Source: Hyphomicrobiales bacterium
GTDB taxonomy: Bacteria; Pseudomonadota; Alphaproteobacteria; Rhizobiales; Methyloligellaceae
DNA: 62,047 nucleotides
Direction of reading: 5' to 3'
Assembly: GCA_021775575.1 (NCBI GenBank)
Contig: JAJFHO010000187.1
Coordinates: 1-62,047, forward strand
The notes beneath the pieces were generated by a model that was not told where the DNA came from, made no database searches, and saw only the letters and a program-made list of their open reading frames with translations. A program made the translations under genes and the position numbers. Shown piece after piece: positions 46,144-55,172 of the stretch. The number at the start of each line of letters is the position of its first letter. Position 1 is the stretch's first letter.

Positions 46144-47669
46144 CTGCCCGACTCCCGTGCGAGTTCGGTGACAAGATTTGCACCAATACCGACCCAGCCA
46201 TGTCCGGGAACGTGATAGGTCGCTTTTTTCATTTCCGGCATCGCATCGAGACGCTCCCTGGCCATCTCGAGCGTCAGTCCCGATTGCTCGAGCGCGGCCT
46301 CAAATTCGGATTTCGCTCGTTTCTTGGCCTCGGTCAGGACCATCTGGCATCTCGAAAGGGCATGCACTTCCGCATCGCCCTTGACCTCCAAAGGCGCGTA
46401 GAGAAGGTCGGGATGATCGCCGAGCACACCGGCCATGGCTCCAACGCTCATGGTGTTGGGCAGACAGCCATAAGGCGAAAGCTCGCAAATCATGTGCGCC
46501 TTGTTGCGCAAATGGGCCCAAAGCGCCTTGCCGATCAGCATGTCGCCTTCACCGCCCTGCAGCCGGTGATGGTAATAAGGGGCAGCGAGCCGGCGCAACT
46601 CGCTTTGAGACGGCATTTCATGCGGAATATTGCGCAACGCCGCCCGCAGGCGGTTGTAGGCCCAGCCATACAAATAGTGCAGCCCCTTGATTCGGGCGAG
46701 CTCTATGCGGGCGCGTGGTTTGATCCCGACATATTCCGCGATCGCCTGAGCCCTGATGCGGAACAGATAATCGAACCAGGTGGCGACCGCCGCCGGGTAA
46801 ACCTCGGACCCTTCATTTTCCAGCCAGGCGTGGATATCGTAGCTCGGGGCGCCTTCCACGGTTTGAATGTAAAACTCGCCGGTAATCTTGACGACCGGCT
46901 TGGCCTGCAGCCGGTCCACTTCGATGGCCTTGAACCGATCGAACACCTCGCGCAGGGCATCGACAAAATAATTCGTCGTCAGGTGCCAAACCAGGACCCC
47001 CAGCTTCTTGCCTCGATACGGGCGCTTGCGAAACTTGTCGCAGAGAAAATCCACGCTCTCGCGGACCACCTTGTCGGTCTGCCCTTTTGTCACCTCGTAG
47101 GGGCGCGTCTGATATTCGAGACTTTGCAGCACATCCGTGCACAAAACCGCCCACAGCGCCCCGATGGTCAAGGGCATGTTCATCTCGATACCGCCGCCGG
47201 CAATCTCGCCCTGATCCAATTCGTCCTGGGCGAGCAGGAACATCCGGAATGAATCAAGACCGAGCCCCCGAAGGGCCAACTCATAGCTCTGGCGGTATTG
47301 GCCGAACCGGCACGCGCCGCAGGCGCCGGCGGTGAGATAGACATAGTTTTCAACTACCGCGTCCGGCCCGATCCGATCGGTTTCCGTCCGCAGAAAATTC
47401 GCGAGGTTTCCCGCCGTAAAGCTCGTCGGACAGCATTGTCCGATATCGGCCAGCTCGCGGCCGAGCATGAGGTCTTCTCGCGTCGGCGGCGGAAGCGGGC
47501 GGGCCAGGTATCCGAGATTCTCGAACAGGGCCTGCAAAACATTTTCGGCACGCCAGCTCAGGCCGCCAAACAGTATTTCGACCTTTTCTCGGTCCTTCTT
47601 CAGAAACGGTCGGGGTGAATAGGCCTTGTAGCCAATCGGACGTACCTGACTCAAAACAGCCCCCTTCAC
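46140..47669 (-). CDS. Cys-rich HgdA/BcrC-like subunit of an activase-dependent enzyme
   Basis: ILFGGLSWRAENVLQALFENLGY, GQCCPTSFTAGN, LTAGACGACRFGQY and SPYGCLPNT. The stop overlaps the activase start (ATGA). Confidence 0.55.
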   Translation of the reverse strand: MKGAVLSQVRPIGYKAYSPRPFLKKDREKVEILFGGLSWRAENVLQALFENLGYLARPLPPPTREDLMLGRELADIGQCCPTSFTAGNLANFLRTETDRIGPDAVVENYVYLTAGACGACRFGQYRQSYELALRGLGLDSFRMFLLAQDELDQGEIAGGGIEMNMPLTIGALWAVLCTDVLQSLEYQTRPYEVTKGQTDKVVRESVDFLCDKFRKRPYRGKKLGVLVWHLTTNYFVDALREVFDRFKAIEVDRLQAKPVVKITGEFYIQTVEGAPSYDIHAWLENEGSEVYPAAVATWFDYLFRIRAQAIAEYVGIKPRARIELARIKGLHYLYGWAYNRLRAALRNIPHEMPSQSELRRLAAPYYHHRLQGGEGDMLIGKALWAHLRNKAHMICELSPYGCLPNTMSVGAMAGVLGDHPDLLYAPLEVKGDAEVHALSRCQMVLTEAKKRAKSEFEAALEQSGLTLEMARERLDAMPEMKKATYHVPGHGWVGIGANLVTELARESGR

Positions 47670-47828
47670 GTGACTCTGAACGATCCCCCCAAGACTGAGT
47701 CAACCCGCACTTTACTAACCAAATCGACATCGTGTCCAGCGTCGCCGTCAATCAGGAATTGCATTGCAAAACAGGCCGCTAAACTGCACATGTCCGGACC
47801 TGATGATCACCGCGAAACTTGCGAAGCC

Positions 47829-49061
47829 TCATCTCCCGGGCTTTGCGGCATGGCCTCCTTCACCGCCGGCAGGCGGGCATGCTGCGCGCGCCGAATTCAC
47901 AGCTGGGTCACGAAATCGCCTGAGCACCATCTCCTCGAAACCAACGGGCGTAATCCGGCCATACCCGGTTTTCCGTTCTCCGCCGGCTGTCCCGATCGCG
48001 CCGAGCGGCAGGATCGTCAGATGCTTGATGAACCGGTGATTGTTCCACTCCCCGTTTAATTCGCGCAGCGGAACCTGCCGGGCAACCAGCGTCTCCCTGT
48101 CAATCAGGAAGTAGCGGGCGTCATGAACATGCGCGGCAATCACGGCAATGTTCCTTTCGCGCCAGTTCCCGGACTGGAAGTCGCGCAACAGACCGCCCGC
48201 GCCCGATGCCGCGACGCAATGGCCGACGCCTTGCACCAGCCGGGACCGCCGGAATTTACCGGCATCCAGCGGGATGGATTTGCCGATAGCTGAGCATACG
48301 GGATTGAGGAGCGGTGCGTGCATGAATAGGATCACCGGACCATCGCCGCACTCGCGCGCATAACCCGCGATCGAACCAAGGTCGCTTTCGTTCAGCCCTT
48401 CGCTGTCAACGCCGATCCGCCTTATACGCGGCTCGGCATTGGCCGGACTGCCCGCTTTCGTGTCATGCAACAGCCTTACCGCGGCCCGCGCGAAACCCTT
48501 CGCCGTCAACATGGCATCGCTCTTCGTGTTCAAAAAAATACAGTTGAACGCACCGATCCTTCGGAAGGCCGGCTGGCGAAACCCTCGAAAACCCCGCAGC
48601 GGATCGGCCTTCGCGCCGATCCTCGCAACCGCGCGCAATTCGGTGAGGGGGCTTCTGAGGCCGTGATGGCCCAGCCTGCGCGCGAACCGCCGGCGCTCCT
48701 CCCGGCTCACATTGATATGGTCGAGCCCCCAGAACCGCAGATTATATGGGTAAAGACGATAGTCGTGATTCCCCGGTATTTCATAATATTCACTCAACTG
48801 TATTATTTCATTGTAAAAATCTTCTCTGTTATTTTCTTGATTATTATTTACATTATTATAGTTGCAGAAATAATAATCGACAGAATCTCCAAGGTTAACG
48901 GCCGGCATGCCTGCATGACGCCCGGCCGCCAGGCCTGCAAAACGCCTCAGCTCGGCATTGGGATTCAACAGATCCCGCCGACCATGGAAGACGTCGCCGA
49001 CATGGTCCCAGAAGCGTGCGTAATGCGCGTCTCCAAAAACGATGATGCCCGGGTCCCTCAC
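47829..49061 (-). CDS. calcineurin-like metallophosphoesterase
   Basis: Motifs in order: FGDAHY, LGDSVDY, GNHDY, FMHAP, AAHVHD. GTG start. Contains the AT-rich patch at 48741-48890. Confidence 0.7.
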   Translation of the reverse strand: MRDPGIIVFGDAHYARFWDHVGDVFHGRRDLLNPNAELRRFAGLAAGRHAGMPAVNLGDSVDYYFCNYNNVNNNQENNREDFYNEIIQLSEYYEIPGNHDYRLYPYNLRFWGLDHINVSREERRRFARRLGHHGLRSPLTELRAVARIGAKADPLRGFRGFRQPAFRRIGAFNCIFLNTKSDAMLTAKGFARAAVRLLHDTKAGSPANAEPRIRRIGVDSEGLNESDLGSIAGYARECGDGPVILFMHAPLLNPVCSAIGKSIPLDAGKFRRSRLVQGVGHCVAASGAGGLLRDFQSGNWRERNIAVIAAHVHDARYFLIDRETLVARQVPLRELNGEWNNHRFIKHLTILPLGAIGTAGGERKTGYGRITPVGFEEMVLRRFRDPAVNSARAACPPAGGEGGHAAKPGR

Positions 49062-49188
49062 GCGCTCTACTGAAACCTTTTTTCGCTTCGGGTCCGCCGC
49101 CTGTCCCGGTCAGCAGACAGAGGCGCGCCCGGTTCGCATCCCTTATGTTGCGTCATGAGCAGCCCTCCATCCCTCGCCCGGTCGGGCG

Positions 49189-50343
49189 CTAACCGGCAGG
49201 GCGGGCTTCCAAAGTATCTTTCCCGATGTCAATGCGCGCGGCGTCGCCGAGCAGCGCAAGCTCTCCCGGGCTCGCGAAGCGCCGGTCCCAATACTCCAGC
49301 GGTGGTTCGATAATGCGAAACCACAAGGGAGGAACGAGCGCGACAACCACCATCAGGCCCATTCCCAGGGGATGGACCGGCGCATCCTCACGCACGCCAA
49401 GCTCCCAATAAGGGCGGCTGACGGAAAGATGATGATCGGAATGGCGCTGCACATTGAGCAAAAGGCTTGTTGTTACGAAGCGTGGACTGTTCCAGGAATG
49501 CCGAGAGCGAACGCGCCCGCCAAAGACGCGCACGATGCCATAGTGCGCGACATAATTCGTACCATCAATGATAACAATGGACATCACCGCGCTGGCGGCA
49601 AAGCCAGCCAGTCCATGAATACCGCCCACGGCGAAAATTGCCCCGCAGACCGCGGTCTGAAGGGCCAGTCCCTGCAGAAACCGATTTCGCCAGGAGAACC
49701 ATGGCCAGTTTCGGCGCTTCATTCGCCCGGCCTCGATCCGGGCGGCATTGCGGTAAGTGCCGATGAAGGCCCTGAGCACAAACCGCCAGGCGGTCATTCC
49801 ACGCGGCGCCGTCGTCGGGTCGTGTGAAAGACCGACATTCCGGTGATGGCCATGGATGTGCTCGATGGCCATTGGTGTGTAAAGGCATTGCGCAAGCAGG
49901 AACTGAGAGAGCGACCATTCGAGCCGGCCGTGCCGGTGGAACAGCTCATGCGCAAACGACGCTGTTCCGCCGAACAGCATCGCGACCGTGAAAACGGCGC
50001 CGCCAACCGTCATCCAGGACCCTTGGTATCCGGACCCAATCCCCATCGCCAAAGCAGCATTGCCCATCAGCGACCCGGGCGACGCGGTATGCAGCAACAA
50101 CGCAACGGCATTGAGCGCCGTGAGCGGTACGATCGCATAGAGCAAGGAGTTCAGGAATATTTCGTTGGGGTTGGAAACCGGCGCACGATAATCCGCGCAG
50201 GCTTCGTCGATCAACACACTGCCTCCGACATACAAGGCCCCTGCAAGCCACACCCATCCGCCGCCGGCAAGAAATGTGGCCATCGCGATCAGATGCAGCG
50301 CCGGCAGAGCGGCGAAACGGGCGTTGGATATAAGTGACTTCAC
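49189..50343 (-). CDS. AlkB-type integral-membrane di-iron hydroxylase (alkane 1-monooxygenase family)
   Basis: Four His boxes in AlkB order (HELFHRH, EHIHGHHRNV, NYVAHYG, LNVQRHSDHH) within a polytopic protein. Confidence 0.8.
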   Translation of the reverse strand: MKSLISNARFAALPALHLIAMATFLAGGGWVWLAGALYVGGSVLIDEACADYRAPVSNPNEIFLNSLLYAIVPLTALNAVALLLHTASPGSLMGNAALAMGIGSGYQGSWMTVGGAVFTVAMLFGGTASFAHELFHRHGRLEWSLSQFLLAQCLYTPMAIEHIHGHHRNVGLSHDPTTAPRGMTAWRFVLRAFIGTYRNAARIEAGRMKRRNWPWFSWRNRFLQGLALQTAVCGAIFAVGGIHGLAGFAASAVMSIVIIDGTNYVAHYGIVRVFGGRVRSRHSWNSPRFVTTSLLLNVQRHSDHHLSVSRPYWELGVREDAPVHPLGMGLMVVVALVPPLWFRIIEPPLEYWDRRFASPGELALLGDAARIDIGKDTLEARPAG

Positions 50344-50599
50344 CCAATGTTCCTCGACCGTCGGACAGGACCGGATTCAAGACTGCCAAATGCAGACCGC
50401 GCAAACAACAAGGATGGTTGACTGAGTTGCCCTGGATAATTGGACGGCCGCAAACATCTTCGCAGAACCGACGTGGCGCGGGCGCCTATGAGTGCGTCTA
50501 TCCGCATGCATGGCGCGGCAGGTGAGGCACGAGCCGGTATCGGCGAGCGGACTCCGATTTCCCGGCAATCGCCAGCGCCCAGATGCCAATCCTGATGGA

Positions 50600-50815
50600 T
50601 CGATGCCCCAAGCGGGTTCGCGGTGCGGAAAGGATCATGAACAACCGGACCGCCAGGCGCGATTTGCCGTTTAAACCCGCATCGCCACTGCCGGGCATTT
50701 GGCACGCAACTCAATCCGATGCCCGTGGCGGCGATAATAACATTACTGGAACACCGCCTAGGCGCGGTATGATCGCGGATGGTAAGAGACGGAAATAGAA
50801 GGGAAACAGGGGAAT
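50600..50815 (+). promoter_or_regulatory. possible divergent cobalamin-riboswitch-like leader of cobT
   Basis: 480-nt gene-free leader containing, in the right order, CGGTGCGGAAAGG (50621-50633), CCCGC..GCCACTG (50676-50690) and AAGAGAC (50784-50790). There is no canonical GGGAA or B12 box. Confidence 0.25.
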
Positions 50816-50823
50816 ATTCTGTC

Positions 50824-51864
50824 ATGGTTCACAAGCAACCGGGCGACGGGTCCAAAGCGCCCTGGTGGAACGGGTTTGAACAGGCTCTTGCAGCCGTGAC
50901 GGAGCCCGACCAAAGCGCAAAAAAGGCGGCGATGGACCGGCAGGCCAGCCTGACCAAGCCGCCCGGCGCACTTGGCAAGCTTGAAGATATCGCCATTTGG
51001 CTTGCCGGCTGGCAGAGCCGGGAACGCCCCAGCCTCGACAAGGCCCGCATGGTCGTTTTCGCCGGCAACCACGGGGTCACGGCGAAAGGCGTCTCACCCT
51101 ATCCGAGCAGCGTAACGGCGCAGATGGTCGCGAATTTTCGAAGCGGCGGTGCGGCAATTTGCCAACTCTGCCAAACCTATGGAGCCACGCTGGAAGTCGT
51201 CGATCTCGATCTGGATCGCCCCACGGCCGATTTCACCGAGCAGCCGGCAATGGATATCGAGGAGTGCCAGCACGCGCTCGCCCGCGGCGCGGAAGCAGTA
51301 GATAAAGACCCCGATTTTCTTCTGCTGGGCGAGATGGGCATTGGCAACACGAGCGCCGCCGCGGCGCTGGCGCTGGCGCTTCTCGGCGGCGAACCCGAAG
51401 TCTGGGCCGGACCGGGCACCGGACTGGATAAACAAGGCGTTGCGCGCAAGGCAGGCGTCATCGCAGACGCGCTGGCGCTTCATCAAAGGCATTGCGACCA
51501 CCCGTTCGAGGCGTTGCGCCGGCTCGGCGGACGTGAGCTGGCGGCTATCGCCGGCGCGGTTCTGGAGGCGCGGACGCGCCGCATTCCGGTCCTTCTCGAC
51601 GGTTATGTCTGCTGCGCCGCGGCGCTGGTTCTGGAGCGCGCGCGCCCTGGCGCCCTCGATCATTGTCTGGTGGGTCATGTGTCCAGTGAACCGGGCCACG
51701 CAAAACTGCTCGCTGGCCTGGGCAAGGCGCCGCTTCTCGACCTCGGCATGCGGCTGGGCGAAGGGACTGGCGCGGCGGTGGCGCTCGGTGTCGTGCGCGG
51801 CGCGGTGGCGACTCATAACGGCATGGCGACATTCGCCGAGGCCGGCGTCGATAACCGGGGCTAG
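50824..51864 (+). CDS. cobT: nicotinate-nucleotide--dimethylbenzimidazole phosphoribosyltransferase CobT
   Basis: ASLTKPPGALGKLEDIAIWLAGWQ, MGIGNTSAAAAL and LGEGTGAA. The start was moved to ATG 50824. Confidence 0.9.
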   Translation: MVHKQPGDGSKAPWWNGFEQALAAVTEPDQSAKKAAMDRQASLTKPPGALGKLEDIAIWLAGWQSRERPSLDKARMVVFAGNHGVTAKGVSPYPSSVTAQMVANFRSGGAAICQLCQTYGATLEVVDLDLDRPTADFTEQPAMDIEECQHALARGAEAVDKDPDFLLLGEMGIGNTSAAAALALALLGGEPEVWAGPGTGLDKQGVARKAGVIADALALHQRHCDHPFEALRRLGGRELAAIAGAVLEARTRRIPVLLDGYVCCAAALVLERARPGALDHCLVGHVSSEPGHAKLLAGLGKAPLLDLGMRLGEGTGAAVALGVVRGAVATHNGMATFAEAGVDNRG

Positions 51865-51870
51865 ATCACC

Positions 51871-52632
51871 ATGCGCGCGGCCATCAATGATCTCGTCGCG
51901 GCGTTCTCCGTGCTGACCCGTCTGCCGCTTCCGGGGCGGCTGACGGGCAAGGAGCCGCCAAACCAGCCGCGCAGCGTGTGGGCCTATCCGCTCGTCGGGG
52001 GCGTGACCGGCGGCATTGGCGTGCTGGTCCTGCTGGCGCTCTATTGGGCGGGGCTGAATGGGATGCTCGCCGCGGGCATCGCCGTGGCGGTGCAAATCCT
52101 GTTCACCGGCGCGCTCCATGAAGACGGGCTGGCCGATGTGGCGGACGGTTTCGGCGGCGGCCGGGACAAGGCGCAAAAGCTCAAGATCATGCGCGACAGC
52201 AGGCTTGGCACCTATGGCGCCATCGCGCTCATTTTTGTCCTCGGGCTGCGCTGGGCGTCTATTGCCGCGCTGCCTCAAGCCCAGGCTGCCGCGGGCCTGA
52301 TTGTTGCGGGAATATTGGCCCGCTTCACCATCGTCGCGATTTTGGCGGCTCTGCCGGCGGCGCGCGGTGACGGTTTCGGACGCGTGGTGGCCAATCCGCC
52401 GCTTTTCGCGGTCGGTATCGCAGCCGCCTCTGCCATCCTCGCAACCGCCTTGGCGCTGCCGCCAAGCGCGGCAGTCATCGCCGCCGCGGCGATGATCGCG
52501 GCAACGGTCTTCACGATCTGGCTCGCCAGGCGGAATATTGCGGGTTATACCGGCGATGTTCTTGGCGCCGGCGCGGCGAGCGCAGAAACGGTCGTGCTCA
52601 TGGCCCTCGCACATATCTCAACAGGGCTCTAA
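51871..52632 (+). CDS. cobS: adenosylcobinamide-GDP ribazoletransferase (cobalamin synthase) CobS
   Basis: Polytopic 253-aa protein with FTGALHEDGLADVADGFGGG. Confidence 0.9.
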   Translation: MRAAINDLVAAFSVLTRLPLPGRLTGKEPPNQPRSVWAYPLVGGVTGGIGVLVLLALYWAGLNGMLAAGIAVAVQILFTGALHEDGLADVADGFGGGRDKAQKLKIMRDSRLGTYGAIALIFVLGLRWASIAALPQAQAAAGLIVAGILARFTIVAILAALPAARGDGFGRVVANPPLFAVGIAAASAILATALALPPSAAVIAAAAMIAATVFTIWLARRNIAGYTGDVLGAGAASAETVVLMALAHISTGL

Positions 52633-53159
52633 TGGCGGAAACCAGCAAACGAACCCTTGTTCTGGGCGGCGCGCGTTCGGGCAAGAGCCGCTATGCGGAA
52701 ACCCTCGCCGGCGCAGTCGAGGGCGCACGGATATATATTGCCACGGCACAAGCGGGCGATGCGGAGATGGCCGCGCGCATCGCCGCGCACCAGGAAAGAC
52801 GCGGGCACGGCTGGACCACACAGGAAGCGGCGCTGGACCTCCCCGCGACACTCGGGAATGCGGCCCGGCCCGATACCGTCATTCTGGTCGATTGCCTGAC
52901 CCTCTGGCTGAGCAATCTGCTGCTGGCGGAGCAGGACTGTGACGGTGCGGTGAGCAGCCTTGTCGATGTCCTGGAGAGCTGCTCTGGCCGTGTCATTGTC
53001 GTTTCGAACGAAGTCGGCCTTGGGATCGTTCCCGACAATGAGCTTGCCCGGCGGTTCCGCGATATCGCCGGGACGACGAACCAGCGCGTTGCAGAAGCGT
53101 GCGACGAGGTCATACTCGTGACGGCCGGCCTGCCGCAGGTACTTAAACCAGCACGCTGA
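52632..53159 (+). CDS. cobU: adenosylcobinamide kinase / guanylyltransferase CobU (CobP)
   Basis: P-loop LVLGGARSGKSRYAE. IVVSNEVGLGIVPDN. Confidence 0.9.
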   Translation: MAETSKRTLVLGGARSGKSRYAETLAGAVEGARIYIATAQAGDAEMAARIAAHQERRGHGWTTQEAALDLPATLGNAARPDTVILVDCLTLWLSNLLLAEQDCDGAVSSLVDVLESCSGRVIVVSNEVGLGIVPDNELARRFRDIAGTTNQRVAEACDEVILVTAGLPQVLKPAR

Positions 53160-54141
53160 CAAGCCAGGCCATCACAACAAGCGCGGCGAGCAGGTTGAGC
53201 CCGCGGCCATAAAGGCGAAGCCCCGCGTCTATATCGGCGACGCCAAGCGTTTCCCGGCCATCGCCCATCGAGGGCAAATCCACGCTCCGCTCCCCATGGC
53301 GCCGAGGGCCTCCGAGGCGAATGCCAATGGCTCCGGCCATGGCGGCTTCCGGCCAGCCGGCGTTGGGAGAAAGATGGTTGGCCGCGTCACGCCGCATAGC
53401 GCGGACAGCCTCGCGGCCCGAGCCGCCGCCTTTCAATCCGGCGGCGGCCGCCAGAATGAAGCCGGTGAGGCGCGATGCCGGAAGATTGACCAGATCGTCG
53501 AGCCGTGCCGAAGCCCAGCCGAAGTCGCGGTGCTTTTCCGATTTGTATCCGATCATGCTGTCGGCCGTATTGATCGCTTTGTAAACCGCCGCGCCCGGCA
53601 GGCCCGCGACCAGCAGCCAGAGGAGAGGCGCCGCCACGCCGTCCGACATGTTTTCCGCAAGGCTCTCAAGCGCACCCTTGGCCACGCCGCTCGCGTCGAG
53701 CGAGGCGGGATCGCGTCCAACGATGTGCCGCACGGCCTCGCGGCCGGCGTCCAGCGACTTCGCAAGGCCCCGGGCGACCGCTTGCACGGAGTCCTCAAGC
53801 GCTTTTTGGGACAAAAAGGAACTTGCCAGCGCCGCCTCCAGTGCCCAGCCCCAGGGCAGCGTGCGCAGAAAAATCGCCAGCGGAACCGTGACGAGGAGCA
53901 CTGCTCCAATCAAAATGACCAACGACAGGGCGCCGCGAAGCCGCCGGGCGGCATTCCCTGTCGCCGCGTCGTTCCAACTGTCATCCAGCCGCTGGATCAG
54001 GGCTCCCATCCACATGACCGGATGGCCAATACGCGCAGCGGCCCAGCCGGGATAGCCAACCAGACGCTCGAGCAGCAACGCGGCCGCTCCAATCGCAAGA
54101 TTGAGTTCAGCAAACACCAGACCGTAGGGGATGCCGGTCAT
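53143..54141 (-). CDS. cbiB: adenosylcobinamide-phosphate synthase CbiB (CobD)
   Basis: Polytopic protein with HPVMWMG, SPNAGWPEAAMAGALG-like SPNAGWPEAAMAGAIGIRLGGP. ATG 54141 overlaps the upstream stop (ATGA). The 3-prime end overlaps convergent cobU by 17 nt. Confidence 0.85.
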   Translation of the reverse strand: MTGIPYGLVFAELNLAIGAAALLLERLVGYPGWAAARIGHPVMWMGALIQRLDDSWNDAATGNAARRLRGALSLVILIGAVLLVTVPLAIFLRTLPWGWALEAALASSFLSQKALEDSVQAVARGLAKSLDAGREAVRHIVGRDPASLDASGVAKGALESLAENMSDGVAAPLLWLLVAGLPGAAVYKAINTADSMIGYKSEKHRDFGWASARLDDLVNLPASRLTGFILAAAAGLKGGGSGREAVRAMRRDAANHLSPNAGWPEAAMAGAIGIRLGGPRRHGERSVDLPSMGDGRETLGVADIDAGLRLYGRGLNLLAALVVMAWLVSVLV

Positions 54142-55172
54142 GCGCGGAACAATTGAAGCGCCGCCGCCAACCGCTCGAATTCGGCTGTACGGCCGGGAAT
54201 GCCGATGCGGAGCCAATCGGGATTATAATCGAAGCGGCGGACATAGATGCGATGGTTCAGAAGATCGGCGAAAAGACCGGAGGCATCGGGGGTATCGACC
54301 AGCCTGAACAATGTCGTGCCGCCCGAAACGGGCAAACTGGCTTCCCTCAAAGCTGCATCGAGGCGTTGTGCGGAGGCGGTCAAACCCGCCCGCTGCCGGT
54401 CCTGCCAGATCTTGTCTCGCAAACACTCGGTTCCAATCGCGATGGCCGGGCCGCTGACCGGCCAGTCTCCCAACGCCGATCTGAGTTTCATCGCGACTGG
54501 CGCGGGCGCGATGGCAAAGCCGAGCCGAAGCCCGGCGAGACCGAAGAATTTGCCCAATGATCGAAGGACAATGACGTTGTGCGACCTGCACAGATCGGCC
54601 ATGCCGAGTTCCGGCTGCGTATCGCCGAACGCTTCATCGATGATGAGCCAGCCGCCTGCCCGCTGGCGTTCCTCGCTCGCCCTTTCAAGCGCGTCACGCG
54701 AGACCGTACGCCCGTCCGGGTTATTCGGGTTGACGAGAACGGTAATCTCGCCGGCTTCCGCGTCGTGCAGGGTGGCAACCTCCCGGACCCGGTGGCCGGC
54801 GCGTTTCCAGGCCGCGCCATGGCCTCCATAGGTCGGCGCAACAATGGCGATGGATCTGGCGGAAAACAGATCAGGCAGGCGCTCGATGATGGCCTGAGAG
54901 CCGGGGCCGGCCACGACATGATCGGTGCCCGGCGCGCGGTAAATTGTGCAAGCGGCCCCAAGCAGAACATCCGTATCCCTCCTGCCCGGCAGGCGTGACC
55001 ATGTCTCTTCCGGGATTTCGGGAACCGGGTAAGAGAGTGGCGCAATCCCGGTCGACAGGTCGAGCCATTCGTTTGCGCCAGTCGTTTTGTCGCCGCTGAC
55101 AAGCGCCACCGCATCGGCCAAATCGCCGCCATGGCCCGACATCGGCGCAAGATATTGTGATCGCCTGGACAC
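54138..55172 (-). CDS. cobC: threonine-phosphate decarboxylase (CobC / Salmonella CobD type, class I/II aminotransferase fold)
   Basis: HGGDLADAV near the N-terminus and the PLP-fold pattern (NPNNPDG, RSLGKFFGLAGLRLG). GTG 55172 abuts the bluB stop. ATG 55142 is an alternative start. Confidence 0.75.
   Translation of the reverse strand: MSRRSQYLAPMSGHGGDLADAVALVSGDKTTGANEWLDLSTGIAPLSYPVPEIPEETWSRLPGRRDTDVLLGAACTIYRAPGTDHVVAGPGSQAIIERLPDLFSARSIAIVAPTYGGHGAAWKRAGHRVREVATLHDAEAGEITVLVNPNNPDGRTVSRDALERASEERQRAGGWLIIDEAFGDTQPELGMADLCRSHNVIVLRSLGKFFGLAGLRLGFAIAPAPVAMKLRSALGDWPVSGPAIAIGTECLRDKIWQDRQRAGLTASAQRLDAALREASLPVSGGTTLFRLVDTPDASGLFADLLNHRIYVRRFDYNPDWLRIGIPGRTAEFERLAAALQLFRA

Noticed and set aside
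48741-48890. Asn-rich AT patch as a diversity-generating retroelement variable region
   Set aside because: The window contains no reverse transcriptase gene, no template repeat copy of the patch and no accessory variability gene. The patch also covers invariant catalytic motifs.
50700-50716. TGGCACG as a sigma-54 -24 element in the cobT leader
   Set aside because: The GC dinucleotide expected 10 nt downstream of GG is absent (TCAA in place of TTGC), and a cob gene has no reason to be sigma-54 dependent.
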